DNA of 63,884 nt, filler included, from Lenisia limosa (taxonomy: Eukaryota; Protista; Breviatea): assembly GCA_001655205.1 (NCBI GenBank). It is 6 parts of 6 records of this genome, joined end to end, with 100 filler letters (N's around TTAATTAATTAA, not from the genome) between each part and the next. Parts side by side here need not be neighbours in the genome. Positions count along the whole stretch, not along the records: positions 1 to 31,953 come from LPNZ01007241.1; 5 more parts are not named here. One strand, written 5' to 3'. The position numbers and the translations under genes were made by a program. Of the stretch, positions 1 through 12,400 are shown in pieces. A model generated the notes under the pieces. It worked only from the letters and a program-made list of their open reading frames with translations. It ran no database searches and was not told where the DNA came from. Position 1 is the first letter of the stretch, and each line of letters opens with the position of its first letter.

Positions 1-796
1 GCGACAGGTGCATTTGACGCTTGAGTTGCCCAGTTTAGACGATAGCAGCGAGAAGTATCAGGAATGGGCTGGTTATGGTAGTTCTGAAGGATGGTTAAAG
101 ATATGCTTCAGTTGTTGCTTTCAAAGAGGATGTTTCGTAAAAAGGAAACATTCAAATACTTGCAGTGCTATAAGCATCAAAGCAAACCCAAAATATCCTC
201 TTATCAACAACTACAAAATCACATTGAAAAACCAGTAAAAGAAACAAACAAGGAACCAACCACAATGACATGGTGCGCAACCTCTTTGTTGACAAACTCA
301 ACAAAACCGTAGCACTGCGAGTCGAACGTGGTCTGTGTGAAGTGAGCAGATGTAGTGAGCAGATGAGCGCAATAATGAAGTGAGCAGAAGATGTTGAGCA
401 CAATAATGAAGTGAGCAGAAGATGTTGAGCGTCATAATGAAGTGAGAAGAAGATGTTGAGCGCAATAATAGGAGCTTAACCCACCTTATCACGAATGACT
501 TTGATACTGACAACCTCCTCGGGGTTGAACATGGCTTTTACATGCCTTTCGTCCCATAGGGGGTCCAAATCACCTGGTGATGAGATTTTCAAGAAGCAAA
601 CTAATGAAAAACCACAAAATCATATATTATATAAATACCTATATACGTTACTGAAACACACTTGAATACCAAAATTCCATCACTTTACTTCATCAAAACT
701 GAAAAACAAAAAGAACAAGAGGCAGAACCAGATTAAACAGAATTTCACCACAATCACCATACCGATCCAGAGAGTCCTCGTCTGGATCTCAGCCAT
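1..796 (-). CDS. RRM RNA-binding protein, RBP45/47-Nam8-TRNAU1AP type (3' partial, multi-exon)
   Basis: Spliced exons 796-763, 573-485, ~330-260 and ~89-18 give MAEIQTRTLWIG-DLDPLWDERHVKAMF...VVSIKVIRDK-TTFDSQCYGFVEFVNKEVAHHVIV-NYHNQPIPDTSRCYRLNWA. RTLWIGDL, YGFVEF (RNP1) and RLNWA are typical of RRM1 in this family. Confidence 0.85.
338..469. repeat. Intronic tandem repeat, ~31-nt unit x3+
   Basis: Unit gagcgcaataatgaagtgagcagaagatgtt repeated inside intron 2 of the RRM gene. Confidence 0.85.
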
Positions 797-1233
797 AGTG
801 GCACGGTCTAGTTCTCAACTATGCTGTTCTTTTTTCTACTTTGCAGAAAAATAACGATAGAAGAGCACTGTGCAGTGGAACAAGCAGCGAAAGAGACAAC
901 GAGTAACTGCAAGATATCAATTTCGATATTTTTTGTAAGTTTAAGAAATAACTTTCAATTATAGACCTGGGAGTGAAAGCGAAAAAATGGAGAGGAAAAA
1001 CGAGAAGGTTTGGCGCATACGCAACACGCCATTATATATAATATTTGTTCCCAGTTTTTGTTGTTTTGTGTCGCGATTAAGTGCGTCATACTAACGTGAT
1101 TATACTTTTTAAAGTATAGTTGAGGCTAGCTGTCAAGGTTTCCTCCCTTTATCCTCATCTTTTCTTGACATACCCGTTGTTTGAGGCATCTGGATACTTT
1201 ATTGGTAGATCTAAACAATTTAAAGTTCCCATC

Positions 1234-4200
1234 ATGTCAGAGATCAAGTTCAATGGAGATATTTTCTTCAAGCGCGCTGAGCTACTCACAAATGCCATTG
1301 AGGTTTGTAAATGACAAACTATTACAGAAAGGAGCGATTTGGTTGAGCAATGATACCTTGACTAAGGCTCTTTCTCCGTCCCCCCTACTCTTATCAGTGT
1401 TTAAATAACATTTTGGTGATGTCTTCTTGAAGATACCAATGCACTTTTGCTTTCCTCCTTTACCCCGCCTTTACACCCCGTTAGAAGGACGCAGTTCTCT
1501 GGAGTCAGAGCACAAGTCTTTGCTTCGTCCTTGGAGGCCAGGAAGAGGAAAACATCTATCAGAAGAGCATCGCAATTCAACAATGGCTTGTAGGTGGAGG
1601 CTTTTTGTTGTGTTGGGATTGAGGAGGGCTGACCATTCAGCTTGGGTTTGAGCTTCCCACCACTGTCCTAGCTTTCAAGGGCAAAGAGATTCTCTTCATT
1701 TCAGGCAAGAAGAAGGGTTTGCATGGCTAGGCTGTTGATGCGTTTTGCACATGTTTGCTATTGAAATGGACGAAGCCTGATAGACTGAAAGTCTCTTTTT
1801 GAATTCTGACCCTTCAGTTGCTATGGTCCAGGAAATGATTGACAACTACGATAGCAGAGGCTTTACCATCAAAATGATCGCAAAGTAGGTGGTTACCTGG
1901 GAGATTAGTTGGCAGCTTAGCTGATTTAAGGAGTTTTGGATCATTGATTTCCAGTCAAATGTATATCTTATTTACCACTCAGACATTCATGTAACACCCC
2001 CCCTCCAGGCCCAAGACAGACATCCAGCCCTGCCTTGACGAGCTTGCCTCCTTCTGTGGCGGCGGTGTGGTCGGACTCCTTCCCAATGAGGTGTACCAAG
2101 GCGACTTCGCCCCGGCCGCAATCAAGGCTGCTTCCTGTGGGAGAGGTTCTTTCGGATTCCTTTCTTAGATGTTTCCCTTATTCTCGTATTAACCTTGGCA
2201 GCCAAGGCCACCAGCTCTGTCGACATTATCAGCCCCCTCTCCAACCTCCTTGCTGTGAAGGACGAGATCGAAGTCGAGAACGTTGGGGGGCGGGGTCATC
2301 AGCAGCTTAAAGCAGGCCGCTAAACCAGAATGCAACCTCGGAGTGTAAGGATTTCCCATGGATTGGGGGCTTGGAGGGGGTGAGATTTCGGCATTTTTTG
2401 ACTATATCATATATTTGGGGCTTGTGGTGCTTCAGAAGCCAAATTGCGCAGTTAGAGCTTGAAAAAACTTGTTTCACGATAAAATACAATGGTGTGTCAT
2501 TTCAAACGTAAAAGGACATCCATCTCAAGCCTCAAGCGGGATTATGGTCCTTTTACTGCATGATTCAATGTATCAGCACTCTTCATTTACTGCTATCACT
2601 TTCCATTTTATATCGAAATGAAAAAAACAAAAGGAAAAGGAAATTTGGATTTGGGGCTCGGTGAATATTGTGATGAATCTGGATTGGAGACTTGCTTTAA
2701 ACTATTATAAATTATATCATGATATGTTGCTTTAACGTTGACATTTGTCGTAGCTGACTCTGTAGCACCGAAAGGCATCCGCGGTCTCGTCATGGAGCAT
2801 GAAGTATTACATGGGGTAGGTGGAACTGGACCATGTTTCTGTTCTGCTTTTAATCCTCTTATCTAACATTTTTCCATTTCACCGCTCTCCCCAGTCTGCA
2901 GCGCTCAAAGCTCAACTCCCCTGCTGGTGTGAAGCATGAGAAGCTTGCCGAGTCCATGGATGACAAGATTTCGAGCGTCACTGCCGATGCTGTTGACTAC
3001 CCGGTTGGAGGCTGTTTGATGGGCTTCTTGAAGATGTTTTGTTTATAACAAGGTGTTGAAGCTGTGAAGATGTTTTGGTTATAGCAAGGTGTTGAAGATG
3101 TTTTGATTATAGCATGGTGTTGAAGGCTTCCTCATTGCTGATCGTTGTATCTTAAACGCAAGGCTGGATAACTAATGTCATTTCTCATTGCCATTGACAC
3201 CACCAGGGTATTGACCCTGACGATGTGCAAAGTTGCTACACCCCTATCATTCAGAGTGGCAAAGAGTTCTCATTCAAGGCTGGTCACTACTCCGACCAGA
3301 AGAAACTCGCCAAGACCGGTAGGATTTAGGTATTCTTTCTTTCGTTTGTATCAGAACTTTTTATTATTTTGCTTTTATATCTACCTTACCTTGCAGGAAC
3401 TGTGATCTGTTCTTTGGGATCGCGTCATGCGTCATACTGCAGTAACATCACAAGGACGTTCATCATCAACGGCTCGGAGGTTGGTAGACTCCTCGTGATA
3501 CTGACTCGCTTTCCTGCCATCTTAACACTTTAGCTCCACAAGAAGGCGTACAATGCTTGTGTTGACGCTCAGAACGCGGCTATCCAAGCCATGCGCCCGG
3601 GTTTGTTTGGCATGGTAATAAGCTAACAACTTCCTTCTCGGATATATATGTTCTCAAAAGTGACACTTCGCATGACACTCTTAGGAGTCCCTCTTTCCGA
3701 GGTGTACTCAGCTGCCAAGGATTCGCTTACTGCGAAGAAGCCGGAATGGGCGGCTAAAATGGCCAAGAACTGTGGTTTCATGGTAGTCTGGGTATCCAGA
3801 AAAAGAGATACAATCGTCTCATCTTTCATTGTAATATATATGTATCATATAATATGTTGTCTCTTAATTTTTTTTTTTTTGTTACTCAGACACCAATACA
3901 CAGTCCGTATGCAAAGTGGCCTTACCGCTTTAGACTGGAATCTCCCTCCGCGAGAAGAACTTTGTCATCAAGGAGGCGGAGAGGGTGGGCTTTGATGGAT
4001 ATAGTACACAATAACAACAGTTACCACCATAGTCCCTGTGATTTACCCCCCCCCCCCNNNNNNNNNNNNNNNNNNNNNNNNNNNNNNNNNNNNNNNNNNN
4101 NNNNNNNNNNNNNNNNNNNNNNNNNNNNNNNNNNNNNNNNNNNNNNNNNNNNNNNNNNGCCCCATCCAAACTAAAACTGGACCGTGAGCTTCTTGGTGTG

Positions 4201-7200
4201 ATTCTGTTGCTCCAACCCTCCGTTTCGTCCCGTCTCTTCACTTTTTAGTGCTGCCTTCATGCTTGGTGACACCGTTCTTGTTAACGATGAGGTAGGCGGC
4301 TACTGCAAACACAGATACAGCTGAGTCAGCACCTCATTAATGTCAATCTGTACCGAGAGCAGTCAAAGAAATGGGCTGCCTACTTAGGGACTCAGTTCCG
4401 TCAAATAATCAGAAATCCCCCCCCCCTTTTTTTTTTTAGTTAAGCTCTATTCATACTACAATCGCATGTATTATATGGACAGCAGCTTATTGTTTAGGGC
4501 TCGTCTGTTCTGACCAAATTCAACCGCAAGGACAACAACATCTTCATTTCCCTTGTAAGCTTCATTTTTCCTCTTGGTATCAATTTCACCTCAGCCACTG
4601 CTAGAAATGGGCACTCGGAATTCATAATTAACATTTACAGGAGGAAGAGGAGTCGGATGAGGACAGTGACGCACGGCCCGCACAGAGAAAACGCGCTCCC
4701 ACCAAGTATGCTAAATGCTGCTGTATATCATAATGGGATTCGTCAGAGTATGTTCCTCATCTTATCTAGACCCTCTTCGTCATCATCTGTTGCACCAAAA
4801 AGAGCCAAGAAGGTGGGTCAATATAATTTGTAACATATAATATGATGTGATATAATATATTGTTTGTATTATTCATACTAAATAAAATATTCTAAAATAT
4901 ATTGATTACTTCTGATTACCATCAGGAAGAGTCAGAAGCACAGAGGAGAGAGCGCCGCCGCCGTGAGAAGGAGGAGATTATGGCCGAACAAAAGGCAGCA
5001 ATGAAGCACCAAGTGAGTAGCTGTAGACAGTGTATGATATACCATGATATACATGTAGCTATATGTACATAATATACTAGTTTAAACATTATATTTCTGT
5101 GATGAGCTTACCAAATAGGGAAGCAGCTCCAATGGTCGTCGTACCCGCCAACGCAAGGTCCAGGATAACACTATTAACTTGGTAGGGGGAGGAGCTCATT
5201 TGCTCACTCAGTTCTTAGTCGGCAGTTGACACTTCAGGTTGCCATCAACACCCATCAAGCCGAGTTGGAAGAGTCTCTCATCACCGACAGGATCGCCCAC
5301 TACCAGGGCACAGGTTCTACTGAGGAACGTGGGCTTGGGATACAAAGTAACGGTCTGAATGCCCAATTTGCCAGTTCGCCTGCTACATAAAAACTGAGCC
5401 ATATCTCTATCTTAACAGGACACACGACACAGACGAATATAAGGTTATTATTGTCCTTGCATGCTGAGGATTAGGAAAGAGTGTTCTAACTCCGTTTATT
5501 GCATTGATGTAATATATGCTAGAGAAATTGAAAAAGGTACCATAAACAATGAACATTAGTGATATCCTCCTCGCTCTCTTCCATGTTGAACAGCCAAGCC
5601 AACAACTACTAAGCTTGCTCAGACTTCCTGACAGCTTCGTTTATTGTTCTCATTGTCACCAAGGTACCAACGTGGTTGAGAAGTTTGACGCGTCTAAGGA
5701 CTTGGCCTACCGTACTCCTAAGGATTTCCCTGACATCAATGCACGCAAGGTGTGTGTTGAGATGCCTGTACAATTGAGTCGATACCTTACTCATACCCAA
5801 AATAGATCCACGTGGATGCCGGGCGTGAAGCCGTCTTCATCCCAATNNNNNNNNNNNNNNNNNNNNNNNNNNNNNNNNNNNNNNNNNNNNNNNNNNNNNN
5901 NNNNNNNNNNNNNNNNNNNNNNNNNNNNNNNNNNNNNNNNNNNNNNNNNNNNNNNNNNNNNNNNNNNNNNNNNNNNNNNNNNNNNNNNNNNNNNNNNNNN
6001 NNNNNNNNNNAACATTATTTCTCACCATGAAGCTTGTTGAACTTCGCTTCAACTTCCATGCGCCTCCTGCCAACCAGGCCAGCAAGTACCTGCCTTCCCA
6101 CGAGGTTTGCTGCTGTCCCATTGTTACTGGTCTTTAATGCAGTTTTGATTCCCTGGTGTTTAAAGATAACTAGATGTGAAGTACTGATGGACTAAGCGGG
6201 CTATGTGTCACCCCCCCCCCCCAGTTCCCATCCCACCACTTTATGAGGGAATTGTCGATCCGCACCTCCGACGTGCAGCTAGTTGACATGTCCATCCGCA
6301 AGATCAAGGAGATCATGAAGAGAATCACCGAGAGGGCCAAGCGTATGCATGGGGCCTTTCTGTCATGCCACCTTGTGATGCATGGGGTCTTTCTGTCATG
6401 CCACCCTGTTATGCATGGGGCCTTTCTATCATGCATGGGGCCTTTCTGTCATTTCTGTCATGCCACCAGGTGGTATTATTTACTAAGAGTGGTCTTGGTA
6501 ATTGGACTTTTTGCTGGATTTTTGAAGTGAAATGGCTGACTATTGTAGGCAAGACCGAAACTCCCCTTGAAGTCCAGGGAGCTCTTCAGCTCACAAGAGT
6601 GGGTACTATAATGACAGTAGACATATTTCCGATATTGGTTCCATTTGGATTTCACTCTACAGGATCCCAAGCGCATTGCCCGCCTCACCGGAGTGTTCAT
6701 TCGCCCCTCCATCACTGCAAAGGTGTGCATTGAATTGCTACTTTGTGCTTTTCTTTTAGCCGATTTATTTCCTCCCATCATCACCCACAGATGTCGCATG
6801 GTACCCTCGAGGCCCACGCTAATGGTCTGAGATTTGTGAGTCAGCGCAACGAAAAGGTGGAAATCCTCTACACCGTGGGAGGGGGGAATCCTATTGACCC
6901 GGTTTGAACCTAACAAATAATGGCTGGTCACATTGTAACCAAAATGACTCTACTATCTAACCTATCAACTTGGCGTATCTGACCCGTCAGAACATCAAAC
7001 ACGCTTTCTTCCAGCCGAGTGAAGAAGAAATCCTTGTCTTGGTGCACTTCTCACTTGTCACCCCTATTATGCTCGGCAAAAAGAAGATCGACAACATCCA
7101 GTTTGCTACTGAGGTATGCCTTGGTTCCCCTTGTACATTAAGACAGCATTTTATCGGCTTTGAAGGTAATATGTATAATTCACTCATATGATAGATACTG

Positions 7201-9009
7201 GTTTTGGCCAGTTACTACCTATTTTTGTTTCTCTGATATTATATAATTAATGTTTATCCAATGTCTCTTTTTACGTGATGGTGTGGACNNNNNNNNNNNN
7301 NNNNNNNNNNNNNNNNNNNNNNNNNNNNNNNNNNNNNNNNNNNNNNNNNNNNNNNNNNNNNNNNNNNNNNNNNNNNNNNNNNNNNNGTAGTAGCTATATG
7401 TCTCATCTTAAGGACATTTTGTTCACAAGTTGATTTTGTGGAAAGACTGATATTTCCCCCCCCCCCCAGGTTCGCGACGCGTCCGAGGCCATCGGTGCCA
7501 AGAAGGGCCGTGGCTACGACCCTGACGAAGTTGAGCTTGAGCAACGGTGGAAGGGGTTGCTTTCTCCAGTCGCAGCATTGTCATTCCAATTCCGCCTAAT
7601 GATGTAGTGAACGTGAGCTGCGCAAGCGTCTTGACATGAACTTCCAAGCCTGGACCCGTGCCGTATGGGGGTCCTCCATGCGTGCTAGCCTTGTGTACTA
7701 GCTAGTGTAATGACATACTGTTTAATGGGGGTCCTCCATGCGTGCTAGCCTTGTGTACTAGCTAGTGTAATGACTGTTTAATGGGGGGAAGGTTTTACCT
7801 TTTTATATTTCGCATTCACCCATGATCTAAGAATAATCGTGGTAGAGTGAATAATCGTGTTCAGGTTGAGGAAATCGCTGACCGTAACGAATTCGAGATC
7901 AAATTTGACAGCCCCTACAGAAGTGGGAGGGAGGCATTCTGACCGCGTTGTTTTATTCTCAAAAAGACTCTTTTAAGTTGATAATGGTCGTCATCCCCCC
8001 CCCCCACCAGGCCTCGGGTTCCAAGGTGTAGCCCACCGTGCGACAGTCAAGATCATGCCCACCACCGACGCTCTTGTGGCCCTATCCGAGACACCCTTCT
8101 TTGTCAATACCTTAAACGATGTACGTTCTGGCTATCTTCTTGTTGACAACTTCGTTTCAACCTCGTGTTGATAACTTCGTCAGCTTGGGACATGGCCTGC
8201 CTCATCTTCTAGATTGAGGTTGTCTCTCTGGAGCGCGTTGCTTTCGGAATCAATAACTTCGATATGGTGCTCATCCCGGTCGACCACTCGAAGCCCATTG
8301 TCCAGGTCACGTGCATCCCAACCAACTCACTCGATAAGTCGGTCGCTGCTCAACTCTGCAAACTCTAACTTTGTAGGGTGAAGGAGTGGCTCGATAGCGT
8401 GGACCTTCGGTTCTACGAGGTCAAATCAAATATCAGCTGGAAGGCGGTCATGGCCGAAGTTCGCAAGGATGAGGTGCGCTGGGGACATGATTGAGCCTTG
8501 ACGCATTTTCACTAACCGGCTAGGTTGGATTCTACCAGGACGGCGGATGGAAGTCTCTTGGCCAAGATGAAGGAAGTGACGCTGAGGGGCCCGGGTCTGA
8601 CAGTGCGGGGGGGAACATGCAGGATGTGGGTTTTTCCATGATCACAACATCCCATGTCCTCACTACCACCCCCAGGTGAGGACACCTACAGCGAAGGCAC
8701 GGACGGGGAAGAGTCCTACGAATCGGACAACTCTTTCTCGAGCGGAATCGACGAGAGCGACGCCGAGGTTTGTCACTGTTTGTTGTGGCATTGTAACTGG
8801 GCAGGCCTCAGCCAGCTCGGGTGAGGAAGACGACGACTCCGGCGAGGACTGGAGTGACATGGAGAAGGACGCCGCACGTGCTGACAGAGAGAGGGCTTTC
8901 GTGGGGGATCGTGTGTGTGTAATCCAAGCCTAAACAGCACGTTATGAGCCACTTACCTTCATAGAGTGACGATGAGGATCGAGGCAACAAACGGGGACGC
9001 CGTCGCTAG
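1234..9009 (+). CDS. SPT16: FACT complex subunit SPT16 (multi-exon)
   Basis: N-terminus MSEIKFNGDIFFKRAELL. Exons encode ENIYQKSIAIQQWL-LGFELPTT, VKHEKLAESMDD, VYSAAKDSLTAKKPEWAAKMAKNCGF, QNIKHAFFQPSEEEILVLVHFSL...MLGKKKIDNIQFATEV, and the acidic tail DSGEDWSDMEKDAARADRE...RGRRR* (TAG 9007-9009). Confidence 0.95.
6343..6469. repeat. Intronic tandem repeat (~30-nt unit) starting at a SPT16 splice donor
   Basis: atgcatggggcctttctgtcatgccacc recurs ~4 times, beginning at GT 6343. Confidence 0.85.
7665..7788. repeat. ~60-nt direct duplication just after a SPT16 splice donor
   Basis: atgggggtcctccatgcgtgctagccttgtgtactagctagtgtaatgac occurs twice; donor GT at 7663. Confidence 0.9.
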
Positions 9010-9458
9010 GCCTGCTGTAACTTTAGATGGAATGTACAATATACCTTATTCAACTTCACAACTTCACTAGTTTTAGAAGCTATTGAAGTATATTTATCAT
9101 TATTGTATGTGAGCCAGATACCAATACACGTGACATGCACACCAATACCCAAGTGCCCAAATACAAGGACCAAATGACCAAGCCATATTTATGGTAGCAC
9201 AATGTTTCGCTCCCAGATCACAGTTCTCTTTTTTGCCAATCATTTTTTCATGTTCTTCATTTCAATTTCACAAGAATAATCTGAGTACAATAAGCAAACC
9301 AGAGCGAACCATTATTTATAATAGGGCGAACTAGCACAAAGCTTGCTTATTTACTCATTAAGTCTCATTTAAGAATAGATTTGTTACTATTGTTTCTGAA
9401 AACAACATCAGAACATCGAATTAGGTGCTAATTGAGGCCTCTGTGCGGCCGAAATACA

Positions 9459-12400
9459 ATGTTTCCTCCGACTGAAGAAGAGGTCTTTGTATGCTATCCT
9501 TCGTTCCCACCATCCCTTCTTACCTCTTCAGCGATGTAATGTAAAGTGGATATCCGATAGAAAGAAGCTGCAGGCAAAAATCTCCGTTCTGCTACACCTT
9601 ACGTCCCACCCTTTGGAACATGCGTGAGTTTATAATTTTATTCTCTTTTCTTGAGCCAATTATCCTTCAAATATCTACTTTTCGCTTTGACGCTTATCTA
9701 GTTATATCGTTAAATGGTTTTTGTATGGAGCTCTTGGAAGTAATGCCGTAGAATCGTGGTGTGGACGGGCAATGGGAGTGACTCGTACAAGATCCACTAT
9801 GCAATGCCTGTGTTCAGCGACTTCTCGGTTGGTGAATAAGTTATAAAGAGCTCTGCTTTGTCGTCTGGTTTTCCTCAACTACCTGCTGACTTGTTCTTAC
9901 CCAGGTTGTCGAGCCTGATATGGGTGGTTCTGTTCTGGTTGCATCATCACAGAACTCTTATTGCAGAGTTTGTGGGGTGCATGGAGGATTTCCCTCTTGT
10001 AACTTTGTAATGCCAATTTAGCTAGAGATTGCGGAGGACAAGTATCGATTTGAGTGTAAGAGTTGTCTCAACGGCATTGGTAGCCTCGCAGGTGTGGCCT
10101 GGATGGACTTGCGATGTATCACTTTATACTGTCTTTATCAACCTGTACTCCACCTGTCTGACACAGCAGTTCAAACGGGGCAAGAACCGGGAATGACGTG
10201 GCCGTGGCTCTTGTCCTACCGCAATGTTGTAGAGTGGGCATCTGGACTGTTTTAGAATGGGGAGTAATGATGAACAGTGGGAGAGGTATATCGCAATACA
10301 AGACAGATTGACTCTTTTCTTAAGATGTAGTATGGATTCTGACGACGATGAGTCGGACAAAGAAGAAAGTGAGCGGGGGGGGGGCTCATATCCTCACTGA
10401 GTCGCCGTGGCTGAAATCCTTTATAAATGGACATATCGTACCCCTTACGAGAGTGTAGGCTGGGTGGGGGTAGAGCACTTACCCCATATAGTTGCGAGTA
10501 CAAACCCACTTATCGCCCTGGCGCGTGCCAACCATGGTGAATATAGTTTCGACCAGGAGGTGTTTAACCAAGTCAAAGAGGTATGTGTGTCTCTATAATG
10601 AGTTGATGCGGTTCAATGAAATTTGTGTTCTAACCCTTTAGGAATGGGTCAAACGACAGCTGATTGAAAGGGAGGCCAAATATATCACCTTCAATGAACT
10701 AGAGTGGGCAGTGATAATAAACACCAAACGCTAACCTATTAGGTTATTCGTTGGTACTTGGAACGTAAACGGCAAAGTGCCTGGTAAGCTTCTGGTGTAT
10801 TTGAGCTCTTCCTTAAAGCAGAGTTTGGATTAATTTGAGAGGTATCTTTATCGCTGTTCAATTAATATAATATATCATATACTAATCATAAATACATGTA
10901 GTAGTATTCTATATGAATACTATCGATATGTACAATTTACTGTTTTCCAGCTGAAGACCTTGCACCATGGTTACACTCCTACACTCGCGCACCCCACCTC
11001 TTCGTGCTTGGGTGGGAGGGGTTCACTTCGGTACCAACTGAATTACTTAGAAATAGCAGATATTTAGTACCAACTGAATTACTTAGGATATTTAGTCTCT
11101 TGTTTAAGTTTTTAAAAAACGAGCTCAGAGACTTGGTTTATTTTCCAGTTTCCAAGAAACAGACTTGTCAGCAGAAGCGTTCCTTCTCAACACCAACACC
11201 CACCAAGTATACCCTTGCTTTTTGCTCTTTGCATAATTTTGTTACTCCTACTGCTACGCCTATTATCCCTTAGGGAGCCTGGGAGAATCTGATTGAGAAG
11301 TCCCTCTCACGCGACCGCACTGGCCATGACTACATCCATGTGGGGGGGACTGGAGTTTGCGATATGATCAGGGCAATTCTACGTGTCTGAGGTTGACTTT
11401 TAAGGTGGCGTCAAAGCAGCTTGTTGGCATGCTCATTTGCGTCTACGCTCGAGCGTAAGTTGTGTCATGGTCTTACAGTCTTATTTCTGATGGCTGGGCA
11501 GACTTAGCAAAACTGTAGGGATATTCACAGCCTCATCTCAGAAGTGGCCACTTCAAGTGTTGGCGTTGGAATCCTTGGCGTCATGGTGGGGATGGCTTTG
11601 TTTGTGTTGGAATCCTTGGCGTCGTGGTGGGATGGCTTTGTACCACTACTACATATAATTAACACCAAAGTAGATTATACAATAATGGCTGTTGGTGTGT
11701 GTGGTTGTACAAAAGCTGTTGGTTTGTACTAAAGCCGTAGGGCAACAAAGGAGGAGTGGCAGTTCGGATGCAGATCCAGGACAGCTCAATCGCCTTCATC
11801 AACTCCCATCTCGCTGCCCACTTTGGCAACTGGCAGGAGCGGAATAACAACCAGATCGAAATTGGTAGGAATGCCGTTTGTATCACCATATTTCTATCAC
11901 CAAAACTTATCGGTTTCCTCACCACGCAGCACGACGAATTCAGTTTCAGTTACCGCACGAAGAGCGTGGCCTTTATGAGCATGAGTAGGAGCATGGGTCA
12001 ATATACAACTAATGTAGTGCTTCAGGAGCATGGGTCAATATACAACTAATGTTGTGCTTCAGGAGCATGGGTCAATATACAACTAATGTAGTGCTTCCAT
12101 ACCCTGGGTGTTATCTATTCATCGCAGTAATTGTGCTTAGTCAGCTTTTTTGGCTCGGAGACCTAAACTACCGCATCAATTTGTCAGACATGGAGGTGAA
12201 GACAAAGGTCCTGCAGGAAGACTGGACCTTCCTTCAGGCCTATGACCAGGTAAACAAGCTTCCCTGTACATGTTTTGTCCTTTCTCCTTATCTAGGCATG
12301 CATCACATGAGGATTGGTGGATTGTTGACCCCCCCCCCCCAGTTGAAGCTGCAAATGCTCTCGCACTCAGCCTTTGAGGGCTTTATCGAACAAGAGCTGA

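Noticed and set aside
338-469. Regularly spaced ~31-37-nt repeats (also 11987-12097 and 62096-62219) as CRISPR-like arrays
   Set aside because: They are head-to-tail units with no unique spacers, lie in eukaryotic introns, and no cas genes are present.
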